In this document: in pieces, positions 27,871 through 39,800 of the stretch
Position numbering within the stretch: position 1 is the first letter of the stretch
Layout: the number at the start of each line of letters is the position of its first letter
Origin: Tubiluchus corallicola
Lineage: Eukaryota > Animalia > Priapulida
Assembly (NCBI GenBank): GCA_030141605.1
Contig: JAQGDQ010000061.1
Span: forward strand, 241,534 to 305,533
Length of the DNA stretch: 64,000 bases
Direction: 5' to 3'
Translations under genes and position numbers: made by a program
Notes under the pieces: model-generated
Seen by the model: only the letters and a program-made list of their open reading frames with translations
Databases searched by the model: none
What the model was told of the DNA's origin: nothing

Positions 27871-30800
27871 GTACGTACACGCTTACATGATTAAATGCTT
27901 TTGATAATCCGGTTTTAACACAGTAATGAGTAAGCGTTTTGTTAGTTGAGTTTTGCATTTTTTTCTTGAATTAAAGTGTATCTGTTGCACGAATTTGGTT
28001 CTAAAATTTAGCTTTTGAAGTTTCGATTCAGTGTGAATAATTGAAATTAAACAACAAGGTTTCAAGGCTTTTTTGTTTTTATTCACAGCTTACCATTAAG
28101 GAGTTTGCAATTTTAAAGTCATTTTAATACCATATGTTTTAGTTCTGTTATTTAAAAAAATTGAGGTTATCCAAAAGTACATACCTAAAAACTTATGGAA
28201 AATAATTTATCAGAAAATTACTTGGTTAATTTGCCATGGTTAATACTGCATTTTTATAATTAAGGATTACGTTTGGTTGGAGCTTCATAACAAATGCCGA
28301 AAATCCAATGGAACCAAGCCAATAAAACCGGAAGTTTTTGAATATCTTATTGACAGATTGGAGAAGGAGAGTTTTTTCCAGAACCAGCATACTGGCAATC
28401 ACACGACTCCGCACATAGACGAAGATGCTGTGTGCTGCATATGTAATGACGGAGAGTGCCAAAACAGCAACGTTATTCTCTTCTGTGATATGTGCAATTT
28501 GGCTGTTCATCAGGAGTGCTACGGCGTTCCGTACATTCCCGAAGGACAATGGTTGTGTCGTCGTTGTCTTCAATCTCCATCTCACTCCATCGACTGTGTG
28601 TTGTGTCCCAATAAGGGTGGTGCATTTAAGCAAACGGACGATGCTCGTTGGTGTCACGTTATCTGCGCGCTGTGGGTTCCAGAAGTGGGGTTTTCAAATT
28701 ATGTGTTTTTAGAACCAATAGACAGCATGTGCAACATTCCGCCGGCTCGATGGCGATTAACTTGCTACATATGCAAGATGAAAGGTATTGGAGCTTGCAT
28801 ACAGTGTCACAAATCAAACTGTTATACGGCATTTCACGTGACCTGTGCACAACAGGCTGGTTTGCACATGAGTATGGAGCCGATTCGTATTAACACTGCC
28901 AACGGGACACAGCTTAGTGTGCGCAAAACCGCATTCTGTTGCGCACACACGCCTGCAGATGGAGACAGCTCTGGCGATGAGACGAGTGCAGATAAGAAAG
29001 CAATGACAGCTGAAAAAATTAAAACGATACGACAAAAAATGAGAAAGGCAAGAAAAATTCTGGCAGAGAAGCGTTTGTCGGAACCGACTCAGCCGATGGT
29101 TTCCGTACCTGAAATTCCACGTGAAAGGTAACAGATGTGACTAATATTGTCTTAAATTTATCACTAATGGTTTTAAGCCATTATTTTTTTGCAGTACATT
29201 AATTTTGTTGATTTAAAATAGTTCATGTAGAGCTTGTGAATTATTGTTCTATTGGCAAGTTAAACAAGTTTGTGAGCACAAAGTTTCTGTGTACTCTTCT
29301 CATATTGGATGCTAATGTGTATGATGTATAACACTTCGTTCGATGTTACTGGCAATACAGAGGTTTTTTTTATAAATTTAGATATAGATTGATGTACATA
29401 AAGATCATTTTATTTCAATCGTTTTAAAATGTAATACAAATTTTTAAAGTTGTGCGGGGGGGTTAAATTTATTTCATGCTTCTGAAACTATGAAGTGTAC
29501 CTATAATCAGACTTTTCTGTTTCAGGATAAGAAGAATTGCACTGAGTATGGGACCGATGCAGAAAAAGGCATTGTTTATAAACCGTGTTCATAGTTACTG
29601 GTTGCTGAAGCGGCAGTCTCGTAATGGAGTGCCGCTTCTGAGGCGCTTACAAACAACACATCAGCAACGCAAACAACAGGTAGATGCATAAATGCTGAAA
29701 TGTTTTTCACCATTTGCTATTTAAGTGTGCAAGATGTTAACATGTATAGACCTAGTATACTTGGCTCTAGCATGCTTTTATAAATAGTTATACATCTGAA
29801 ATGGACTTGAAGTCTGTCATCAGCTAGTACAGTACAAGAATTTATTGATATAGAGCAGATGTTAATTAAAAATTAGCAACAGAATATGACTATACCAGCA
29901 TAATTTCTTTTAGCAGCAACAGATTTTCTTAAATGCATGGGCCTAAAGGCTTTTTGTAGTGTTCTTGACAGGATTGTTTGAAAATTGACTTTAATTCTTT
30001 TAGAGTGACCATGATAAACGTGCTAACATACTGCTAGAGCAATTAAGGTTTTGGCAGAGGCTTAGGCAGAACCTGGAGAAAGCCCGTCTTCTGATGGAAT
30101 TGATTCGGAAGCGAGAGAAGCTAAAACGAGAACAGGTGTGTTAGAATTATCATTTCGTTGCACTACCTGTCAGTCACAATTCAGGCTCCATGCTGCATTA
30201 TAAAAAAACATTGTTTATATTTTCTTCTGATTTCAACTATTTCATCATTTAGGTACTACTGTGTATAAGTGTCTTCAAACTGTGCTGATAATAAATACAA
30301 AGTTTCGAAAAGTTGCCAGCTAAAACAAAACTTTTCGCTTTTACTGATTATGTTTTAAGTGACCTATGTCTTCATTCCATGTATTACTGAACCTCAAATT
30401 TGTAGTAATAGTTTGGACTCACTAAGTCATGTATTGAGTGACGTATTATGATTAATCTTGCACAATTAACTCGTGTGTTTATAATTTTGGTGATACGAGT
30501 AAAGGTTTCTAATAGTGATCTAGGTAATCTTAATACTTGCCTAATTTCCCATTCTCATTGTAAGGGCTACTTTTTGTATTTTGTCGCATGATTATTTTCT
30601 AAGCAACACAGTTTCTGGCCCCTGAGCATCCTTAAAATATCATACCCCTTGTAATTGAATGCATGAATGCATTACATTTTTGCAGCGTACCCTGTGTTCA
30701 AGATAAAGCACATGACATGATATTGTGTTTGTTTGTTGTAGATGAAAGTACATCAGCAACACATTGAGCTTCGCATTCAACCATGCAGTGTGTTACTGCG

Positions 30801-33800
30801 GCAGACGCTTCTGCTTCTAGAGGACATCGATAGAGAACGCATATTCACCCAACCTGTAGATCCACGTCAGGTAGAATTTAAAACGTTTGCACTCTCTCAT
30901 TTTCGTGTAAGTCTGTCAGTTTTGAAAGGTTTATTACATTTCGTTGAAATAGGGCAAGCCGTAAGATTTTCAAACATAATTGCTTCTGTTTGACACCAAC
31001 GATATTTTCTTCGCCATTTTTGAAAGTAAGTCTTTATTTTATACTTGTAGCTTGTCTGCTTTTAGGTTAAATAGTTATAAGGGACTACAGCCAATTATTA
31101 GTAAGTTTCTGATAAGTTGGGGTAGCGAGGCCTGGAACTTTTTTCTTGTAAAAGAAGCTTTACATATTGTTTTGTCCTATCAGATGAAAAATTAAATAAC
31201 TGTTAAATAAGAAATTGTTGCAGCAATCTTGTTTAATTATATTAAAAAGTCATAGTAGTGTAATTTTTTCTTATCTGTTTTGGATGCAAAATTCTCCATT
31301 TTTAGACACCATAAATTTTTATACTTTTGACTACTGATTGCTTGATATGCAGAGTTGCACTTAATGAAAAAATTCCTTTAATTAAGAAAGGAGCAAGTGA
31401 ATAGTTGCACTGTTGTAAACTCATACTCTTGCAGTATAATGAACTTGTTTAACCTAAAGGTAATTCCTTCCTCTGCATCTTTTACTCAGTCCCATTTAAA
31501 GTAAACACAAATTATGAGAAAAGTAAACACAATTAATAGAATTTGTGCATCACAAGAGTTATCAATTTTGTGCATCACAAGAGTTGGTTGCAAGTGATGA
31601 TAAGTATAGTGAGCTGTTGCACTTTAATGCTTATGCTGATATTAAGTCAGTCTTTCTTGTTTTCCTTGCTAACTTGCAGACGGTATACCTGCGGAGGCCC
31701 TCTTTCTACCGATATAACTATTACAAGGTCAGTAGTGGTAAATTCCCGTAGTATTTTGCATGTCCCGAATAAGTGCTGACCCCTGCTGACCGCTAATTTT
31801 GCTAACTACCCCCACACCCGTGTGCTTGTGGTTTTTGCACGTCGTAGCAGGAACTCAAAGAGGGAGTCACTTATTGTCAGCATTTGTCATTTTGCCTGTA
31901 GATGGCACGCTTTTTGTATTACTGAACTGGTTAAACAAAAGTTTTACTATTCTGTCTTGGCAGTTTTAGTTATAAAGATCTTCCGTTGTTTTTCATTAAT
32001 GGTTAATATTACTAGCATATTCATTTAGATGCAAACATCCCCACTTTGCCGTCATTTTGTGTTTGTCACATACGCTATCAAGCTATTTTTTGAATTTAAT
32101 TTTTAACTGAAAGTTTTTAGTTTAGTGAAATATAATTTCCTTATAAGGCTAAGTGAAAAAAATTTTAAAGCTGGAAATCTTGGTATTAATTACTAATTTT
32201 TTAGCACTGTTTTGTTTGCGGGCGCGAGTGCAAATGATTGCGTATTTATTATATGACTTTTCTAACAGTTGTTTGCTTATGGCTGAAAATATTTATTTAT
32301 TGTAAAATTTACCACATTGTCACCTGCTTTGTGGCCATGGTTGACTGCTATAATTATAAGAAAGCTCAAGTAGATAATTACTTGTATAGCATGTTTTCAT
32401 TGTTGATTGTGATGATAATAATGAATTATAATCTATGATCTGTACAAATGTAATTATGGTAAGTTAAATTGATAGACAATTCTAATTTTAAGTCATGTTG
32501 TCATTTAGTTTATTCACAATTCCTGACAGTGACGCGGTATTAAAATGCCATAAAGAGTCTAAAAGAAAAATGGAAGTTACGAAGTAACTTTCTTGACAAC
32601 TTTTTCTTGCAAATTCTAGCGGTACAATAAAAGTAAAAACCTGTTTTTAAACAGATCTCTATGTGCTGCTTACTATTTTTTAATGTTACTGTCTAACATT
32701 AATGCGTTGACTATTTTAATCACGGTATGACAAAATCATATGATTTTAAAAAACTGAGTAGTGATGGGGAAAACGAATTTCATAAAAGGAAAATAACAAC
32801 CAGCACCCACTTAAGCAAAGACGTGGCATTTATTCAGATACGTTAATTTCATGTTAGGATTGTTGCACGAATATGACCTTAGCGAGTTGAAACATAATTG
32901 CAGATCTTGTGTCTGCAATAAAAGCCTTGTCTTTGCTTAACTGGGTGTTGGCTAGAATTTTCATTTTAAGAATATCATTTTATTTTATTATTTCTGGATT
33001 TTAGTGAAAACGTGAGCTAAAACGTGCTTATTTTGTTTTATTGCCAATATCCATCAAACATTTTGATTCCGATTTTCTTTTATGTGCTTATCGAACTTTT
33101 CATGTAACTGGAAGTTTTTACTTTGTCTTGGTTTAGGCTCCTTGTTTTTACTACCTTTAAGAAGCTTATTTAACATTTTATTTAAATATTTATTACACAT
33201 TTTCTGTTATTTAAATTTTTCACTGATTGTCTTATTTTCGTAGGTGCCATTGTACTTGGAAATCATCAAGAACCCGATGGATTTTTCAACAATGCGGAGT
33301 AAGGTTGACTCTCACTCTTACGCCTGTTTTGAAGAATTTGAGAAGGATTTCAATCTCATTGTTGACAATTGTCTTTTCTTTAATGAGAACGACTCTGCAT
33401 ATTACAGACTTGCCTGCAGAATGCGGGATCAGGTATGGTACCTATTTTATTCACTAAAAGGTCCTTTCTAGATCTTTTTACCAGGAATAAATTTTCTTGC
33501 AAATAAATGCGTCACAGTTTCATGATGTAGTAATGTGTTACACAACGCAGCGTTAGAATGTTAAAAACGGTAATCTATGCGTTAAATGTTTGATATGTAG
33601 TCTACTTCAGAAACTTTTACAGCTATTGAAAACACTAGGTTAGCTACTCCCTGTATCTTCCAAGCAGTGGCTTGTTCCTGTTCACTCGCTTTATTGTTAC
33701 AGGGTGGTACCGTGATGCGTCAATGTCGACGACAAGTTGAAGCAATTGGCTTTGACTTTTCTACTGGCTTACATTCTGATTCGACTACTGCTGAATATAG

Positions 33801-36800
33801 AAAGTCAATCAGAGCGGTTACAAAACCAAATGGTATGTGATATTGCTTTACGTGATAATTTCTGTGCTTATAAATTTAATCTCAGTTCATTTACTTTCAG
33901 CATGTAGCTGTACATTTTTCTTTTTCACCTTGTTTACCAGTAAGACATTGTTGTAGTGTCTTTGTTTGTGTTTGCACATTTTAACGTGTTATTTAATGAT
34001 ATTTAATAAGCAGCTAGTTAGAACTTGTGGTGTAAAGCTTGAAAATTAGGATTTTTGAAATACGTGTGAAAATGTCAAATGCTTTTTCTTTGAGTTTCAA
34101 AGCAGTTTGAATCACTATTGATTTTTGTTATTATTACAGAGACAAGTTCCAATGAAGATGAACAAAAGTCAGAGTTGGAGCAACAGTTGAATGAATTATT
34201 GGAAAAACTTGATGAGACAAGTTCCATCAGGAATCCATGTAAGACTCTTAGTATTTTTTTTTGAAAATTTTTGTATTGTAATACAGAAAGTTGTGATAAA
34301 GAGGCACTAAGAAGAAATAAATTCTAAATTATGAATGTTTATTGGAAAGATCCAGGTCATTTCATTTTTTGCAAATTTTTTGACTGTGTAACTGGATAAA
34401 TTTGACAAAGGTTAGTGTCATTTTTGTTGCATGCAAAAAGACGAAGTTGTATCAGAGGTGTAACGAATCATAACAAAGCCTCTATACACTGTACTACAAC
34501 CAATGCACAGGAACAAAACATGCCATGCAAGTTGTTTACTGTGGCATTTACTTAGCAACTTGCAGAACTCTCTGTCATCAGAATTTTTTCTGAGCATTGC
34601 AAAATTAACCAACAACATTTAAACAATAAATTTCGATTTCTAGTAATGGAATGATTAAAATCATTTAGATTCTTAACTTGCCTGACTTTTGATTCATATA
34701 GATTCATAACTTTAACAAATTTCAGGTGGGAAAACTTGTTGCATGTGGTTGTGATTTCATACTTCAAACAATTATAAAGAGTATACAAGCTATCGCTGCC
34801 TTTGTTGCCTGCTACCCGCATGTTTATATGTTGATGGAATAATAAGAAAACAGTTCATGTTCTTTAACATTCATAGCTGCGAGAACCAGAAGAGCAAAGT
34901 CGTTACGAAAAGAAATTTTGGTAATGCGAAGAAAAATCTCCCTTGCAAAACATCGGCCAAGAGACACCACGGAAGATGAAGAGTCTGATGAAAATGCAGG
35001 TAAAGTAAAAATGATTTAAAATGTGAACAGGTTATTTTTTTATGGAAATCAGGCCTAAATAATTTTAAATTTAAAATAATTGTAAAACATTGAGTTGTAC
35101 ATGCTATTTCAAAGCATTCTCACATGTTCTGCTCATGCTAGGCTCATGTACCGTCTTAAAGTGCATGTATGTTCCTCTTGGCATCTTGCAGTATGTTCAC
35201 TTTGCGTTGTGTTAACATGCAAGAGGAATGTATCAGGTGTGATCAGGGTGTATTAAGGCTTTTATGACTCGCTAGGCTGATAGTGCTGTCCAGCCCATCT
35301 TTATTATGAATTTATGGTTGTTTATGTAATGAGAATGTTAAACAACTACTTGTGGTGTATTAGAAACACTATTAACGTAGTTTCTACGTGGTGACTATTA
35401 TTTACATGTATTTGCATAGTTCTTATATTTAAGCAGGATCCACAACTGCTTGTTGAACAATATTACCTTGTACCTATTCATTGTGTGTCATTTATATAAA
35501 AGCTTTGCTCAGTTACTGGCTGTGTCTGTGGTGTGTTATAAAATGTGCCCTTTGCATGAATATGAAAGTATACACATTTTCAGAGAGGAATATATACACA
35601 TTTTTCTGAAAAGTGATGCCCCTCAAACTTTGCCGCCCTAGGCTATAGCCTAGTTCGCCTATTGGTTAATACGCCCCTGGGTGGGATATGTCTTGCAGTC
35701 GTAGTGGGAGAACGTTCTTTCATACAGCAGTACATAAACTTTGTTCAGTTTAGCATAATAAGGAGCTATTGTGAGAGAATGCATTCTAAGGACATTCGGA
35801 CAAACTAAACTACTGATACCTTGCATTCTGTTTTTTATGCCTTTGTGTTTTGCTTGTGAGTGGACTCGCTGGTGAAGTAACATTATAAAGTGATCTATTT
35901 CTCTGTGACGTCGATCTCGTTCATGTAGTAAGTTTTAAGCCAGTTTTGTATTAAGGCTTCACAATAGTGTTACTGTGTATTCTAAATTTTTATGGAAAAC
36001 ACATTCCCTAACACTAATTAATGGCATTCTAGTGACGTATTAAGGCATTTGATCAGAAAAAACTCAATAGCAGTAACCCAATGCTTGTCATTCCAAACTA
36101 GTTTTTTTAATTAGTTCTTGTTCTTCTTTGAAGTGCAGTAGCAGGTTTAAAGCAACATAATCTATGTTACTACTTGTGCATATTGAACTTTATAGATGAC
36201 ACCTCTGCGGAAGATCCTACTAACCATTCAGGAACGGAAGAGGACGAAGCCGTGTTTTCTAACGAAAGAAGTCGAAGCCGACATTCTTCTTCTGTCATGG
36301 TTGACGTTGATGGCAACGATGAAGAACATGCTGAATTACGCACAAGGAGACGATCCTCTCGGATTTCTTCATTGGAGGACCTGAAGCTATTAGCACAGAT
36401 GGAGCAAAATGGTAAGTAGGAACGATACACCATCGTCTTAGTTCTCATTTCTTACTGATGTTGACTAGTTAAATACTTGGTTTCTTACGCTTAATTGTTT
36501 CCTGCGTGCTAATTGCATTTCATTTGTTCTGCTTTCACACTTTCTACTCATTGAAGTCATTTGTATTTGGCATTGCTTTTCTAGATAACAGTTCATTTGT
36601 ACAATGTGACTAAAATAATACTTAATTATAATCCAAGCAAGTCAACTCAAAATAATGTGTGTATAAAAGTCATATGAAGTTTATTAAAACCACAAGGTGT
36701 AAAAGAATCTGTAAAAACTTTAAATCAATTAAATTTCAAATAAGTTTCACTTTATGTTATGAAGTTTTAGAACTGAAAATGCTGTTAAAAGTGAAATGTA

Positions 36801-39800
36801 CTAGAATTTTAGCTGATTTTAAGGTTTTTAGAGATCATATTACATCTTTGAGTTTTAATAAAGTTTACATCAATCTTACACTATGACTGGTTTGGATCAC
36901 ATGTATTATTTTAGACATGATGTACAGTCGTAGAGGCACTTTGCCAACCAAAACATTTGCACAATGCTGCCTTCTCTACTGCATTCGACTTTGACTTTAC
37001 TGATGATCATTAATCATATTGTCAAGTAGACGATGATCATCACTTATTTGTTCTCTTTGCATAGTTGCGGTTCACTTGCGTATTATAACCTTCATTATAG
37101 CTTATTGCCCAAGAGTTTATGCAAGTTATACTTATGATATGCTAGTGGTTTCCTTTTGAAGCTCTTGCTGAATACAGAATGTTTAATCAGTTAACTGTTG
37201 CTGTTTTGCCACCGATGCAGCGGCAATAATCTGCCAGCGTTCTTTGCAACTTTATATTACAAGCGTAAACGTCATATGGAGAACTAAGAGCATAGAGTTA
37301 ATTTTGAAAAATGGACATTTAGTGCAAAAACCTAACATTTAAAGTTCTTACAGCCTTTGGAATGCATACTAAGCTGATGAGTAATGACTATACTTCTATT
37401 CAAATACTACTAATACTTCGCCGATCAACTAATAGATTCAGTCAGTTAATTGGAACAAAACACTTCTATCCCAAAGTGAGGTCTATGAAGCGGTGCCTAC
37501 TGTACATATATGACACATACTGTATGCAGTGTCTTTTAATGGCAAAGTCATGTGCTAATTTAAAATGTATTTAAAATGAAATTCTTGCAATCTTTGACTC
37601 TCAATATGCAAAATTTTCTGATTTAATTTCAATTTAGGGAGTGAGGTGGACAACTTTGAAATCCATTCTCCTTGTACACGTCGTATGTCAGCAAGGTCAC
37701 ACTCCACACCAAAGCGAGGTGGGTTGCGGTCTGAATCCGTCAAAGAGAATCCACTGGAGGAAACAAAACTCACCGAGAAGAAAGATGATGAAAAAATCTC
37801 TACGCATTCTTCTCGGAAAAGCTCTGTTTCTTCGATTGACGATGAGACTAGCACGAGCGTCAGCATGCCAGAACTGGAAAAAATAGATTTGTTTGAAGAA
37901 GAAATGACGGAAAAACTAACTGTGGCCGAGGCGACGGAAGAAGAGGAATCGCCGCACAAATCACCTCGCCGAGGAAGTCGAGTTGGTCTTCGTTCCCATC
38001 GAGAAGAGTTGGAGCAGGTTGATGTATTAGAAAAAGCGTTACCATTGCATGTGGACACGGATTTACCTGATGGTAAGTTATCTTGCTTTTTTGAAGAAGA
38101 GAAATGTATTTTTTATTGAAAAACCCCATAGTTAAAACAGTGAGAAGGCACAATATTTCAAACCACCATTGCAATTTAATGACAAAAAGAGAAAAGAGGG
38201 AAAATCCATGTAAGGACACTAGTGCTTATTTTGTTGTATTTTCTCGAGTTTTTTGTATTATTTAAAAATAAAAGACCACAATTAAAAAGTTTTTATGCAA
38301 AAGCACGGCAACGTCAGTGTGGTTATTTCCTTATAACATCATCATAATCAAAACTTCGGCGCACTTTGTTGCTCCACCTAATATAAACTTAAAATATGGT
38401 TGTAGATCAAGCATCCAGTTGTCTGGTGAGTGACTTCAAAGGAGAAGATGAGAAAACTTCACCTACAGAAAAGTCTGCAGCTGCAGAGGTTAAAGTAGAC
38501 ACGTCAGTCAGGGTGGACCTGACACCTTTACCTGATGGAATAAGCGCTTGTGCGGGAGGTGGTTGCTCACCTTCTGGCTCAGTTTCGGGCTCATCTGGCA
38601 CTTGGAGCCCTCGAGAAGCCAATGGTGTGAGTCGAAGGACGTCTGTCTTGTTGAGTAAAACGAAGACGGGAGTTTCCAAAAAATCTGCCGATGCTGAACT
38701 GGTGCCCAAGAAAAGAGCAATTGCAACTAGGTAAGTAAGGCAGAGACACAAAATGTATGAAATATAAGCAATATGAGTTGCAAACTTGTTTACAATTTTG
38801 CGAGAAAATCTTGTAAAAGTTTTGTTGAAGAATTTATTTTTTTATAGAGTTTTGCATCTTGATTGATCTAATTATCAAGTGTTCAGAACATAATTGGTGC
38901 AAGTTTAATGAAAGACTAATAAGTCACAACTTTGCCATAGTCTCTGTGTTATGATTTTTGTAGATTGTCTTCACTGCTAATAATTGTTTGTAAAAATGAA
39001 ACTGGTACTGTTTTGCCTAGAGAATTAGAAATCACTAGTTTGAGAGTACAAATTCCATTTCCAGTTACAATCAGGTCTGATTTGTCTGCAACAATCTGCT
39101 TTTACAATTTTGTCTCGTGTTATTAATTATGTGTGTGGAATTAGTTATATGTGTGGAAAGAATTTAGCTCAATCTACATAAAAACTTATCGGGTGCAAAA
39201 TTTCCAATTTTTGTTACTTTATATTAAGATTAAATTGCATTGTCTTATATTTTTAGATCACATGATGAGACTGAGCCACTGAAGATTGTCACAGATGACT
39301 TACCAGATGATGGTCTTAATGCCTCATCTCCTAAAGTTACCCCGTCTCAACGCGTTTTGTCTCCAAAAAGCTCAAATGCTTCCATTCATTCCCCTTCACT
39401 GGTTTCCCCGAAGCACAATTCAAGTAAATTTTTCTCAACCTCACCCAAAGGTAACTCCTTATCACCTAAATTTAACAATGTAATACGCTCAACGAAAAGG
39501 GAAGGTGATTCTTCACATTCGCCTAAAGCTATTTCGGAACCGGGTAGCGTAAAAAGCAGTAAAGCAGCACGGAAACGGAGTATGAGTGCTCACGATGCTC
39601 CAAGTGCAAAGCGACTTCGACTAAATTCACTTCCTAACGGTTTGGAACACAGCAGAAAGCGGGTAAGAGTCAAATGTAAATGTAAAACTTTTCATATTTA
39701 AGCTCAGGAGTATGATTGTCACTACCAAATTTTAGCCATGCTATGTTGAAACTTTTTAGTGAAGACAAGATGATTCTTCCTACGTTACCTCACATCAGCA

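Noticed and set aside
28226-28657. Antisense and alternate-frame ORFs over BRPF exons (also 37555-38058 and 38407-38751)
   Set aside because: They are shadow ORFs of coding exons with no independent features.
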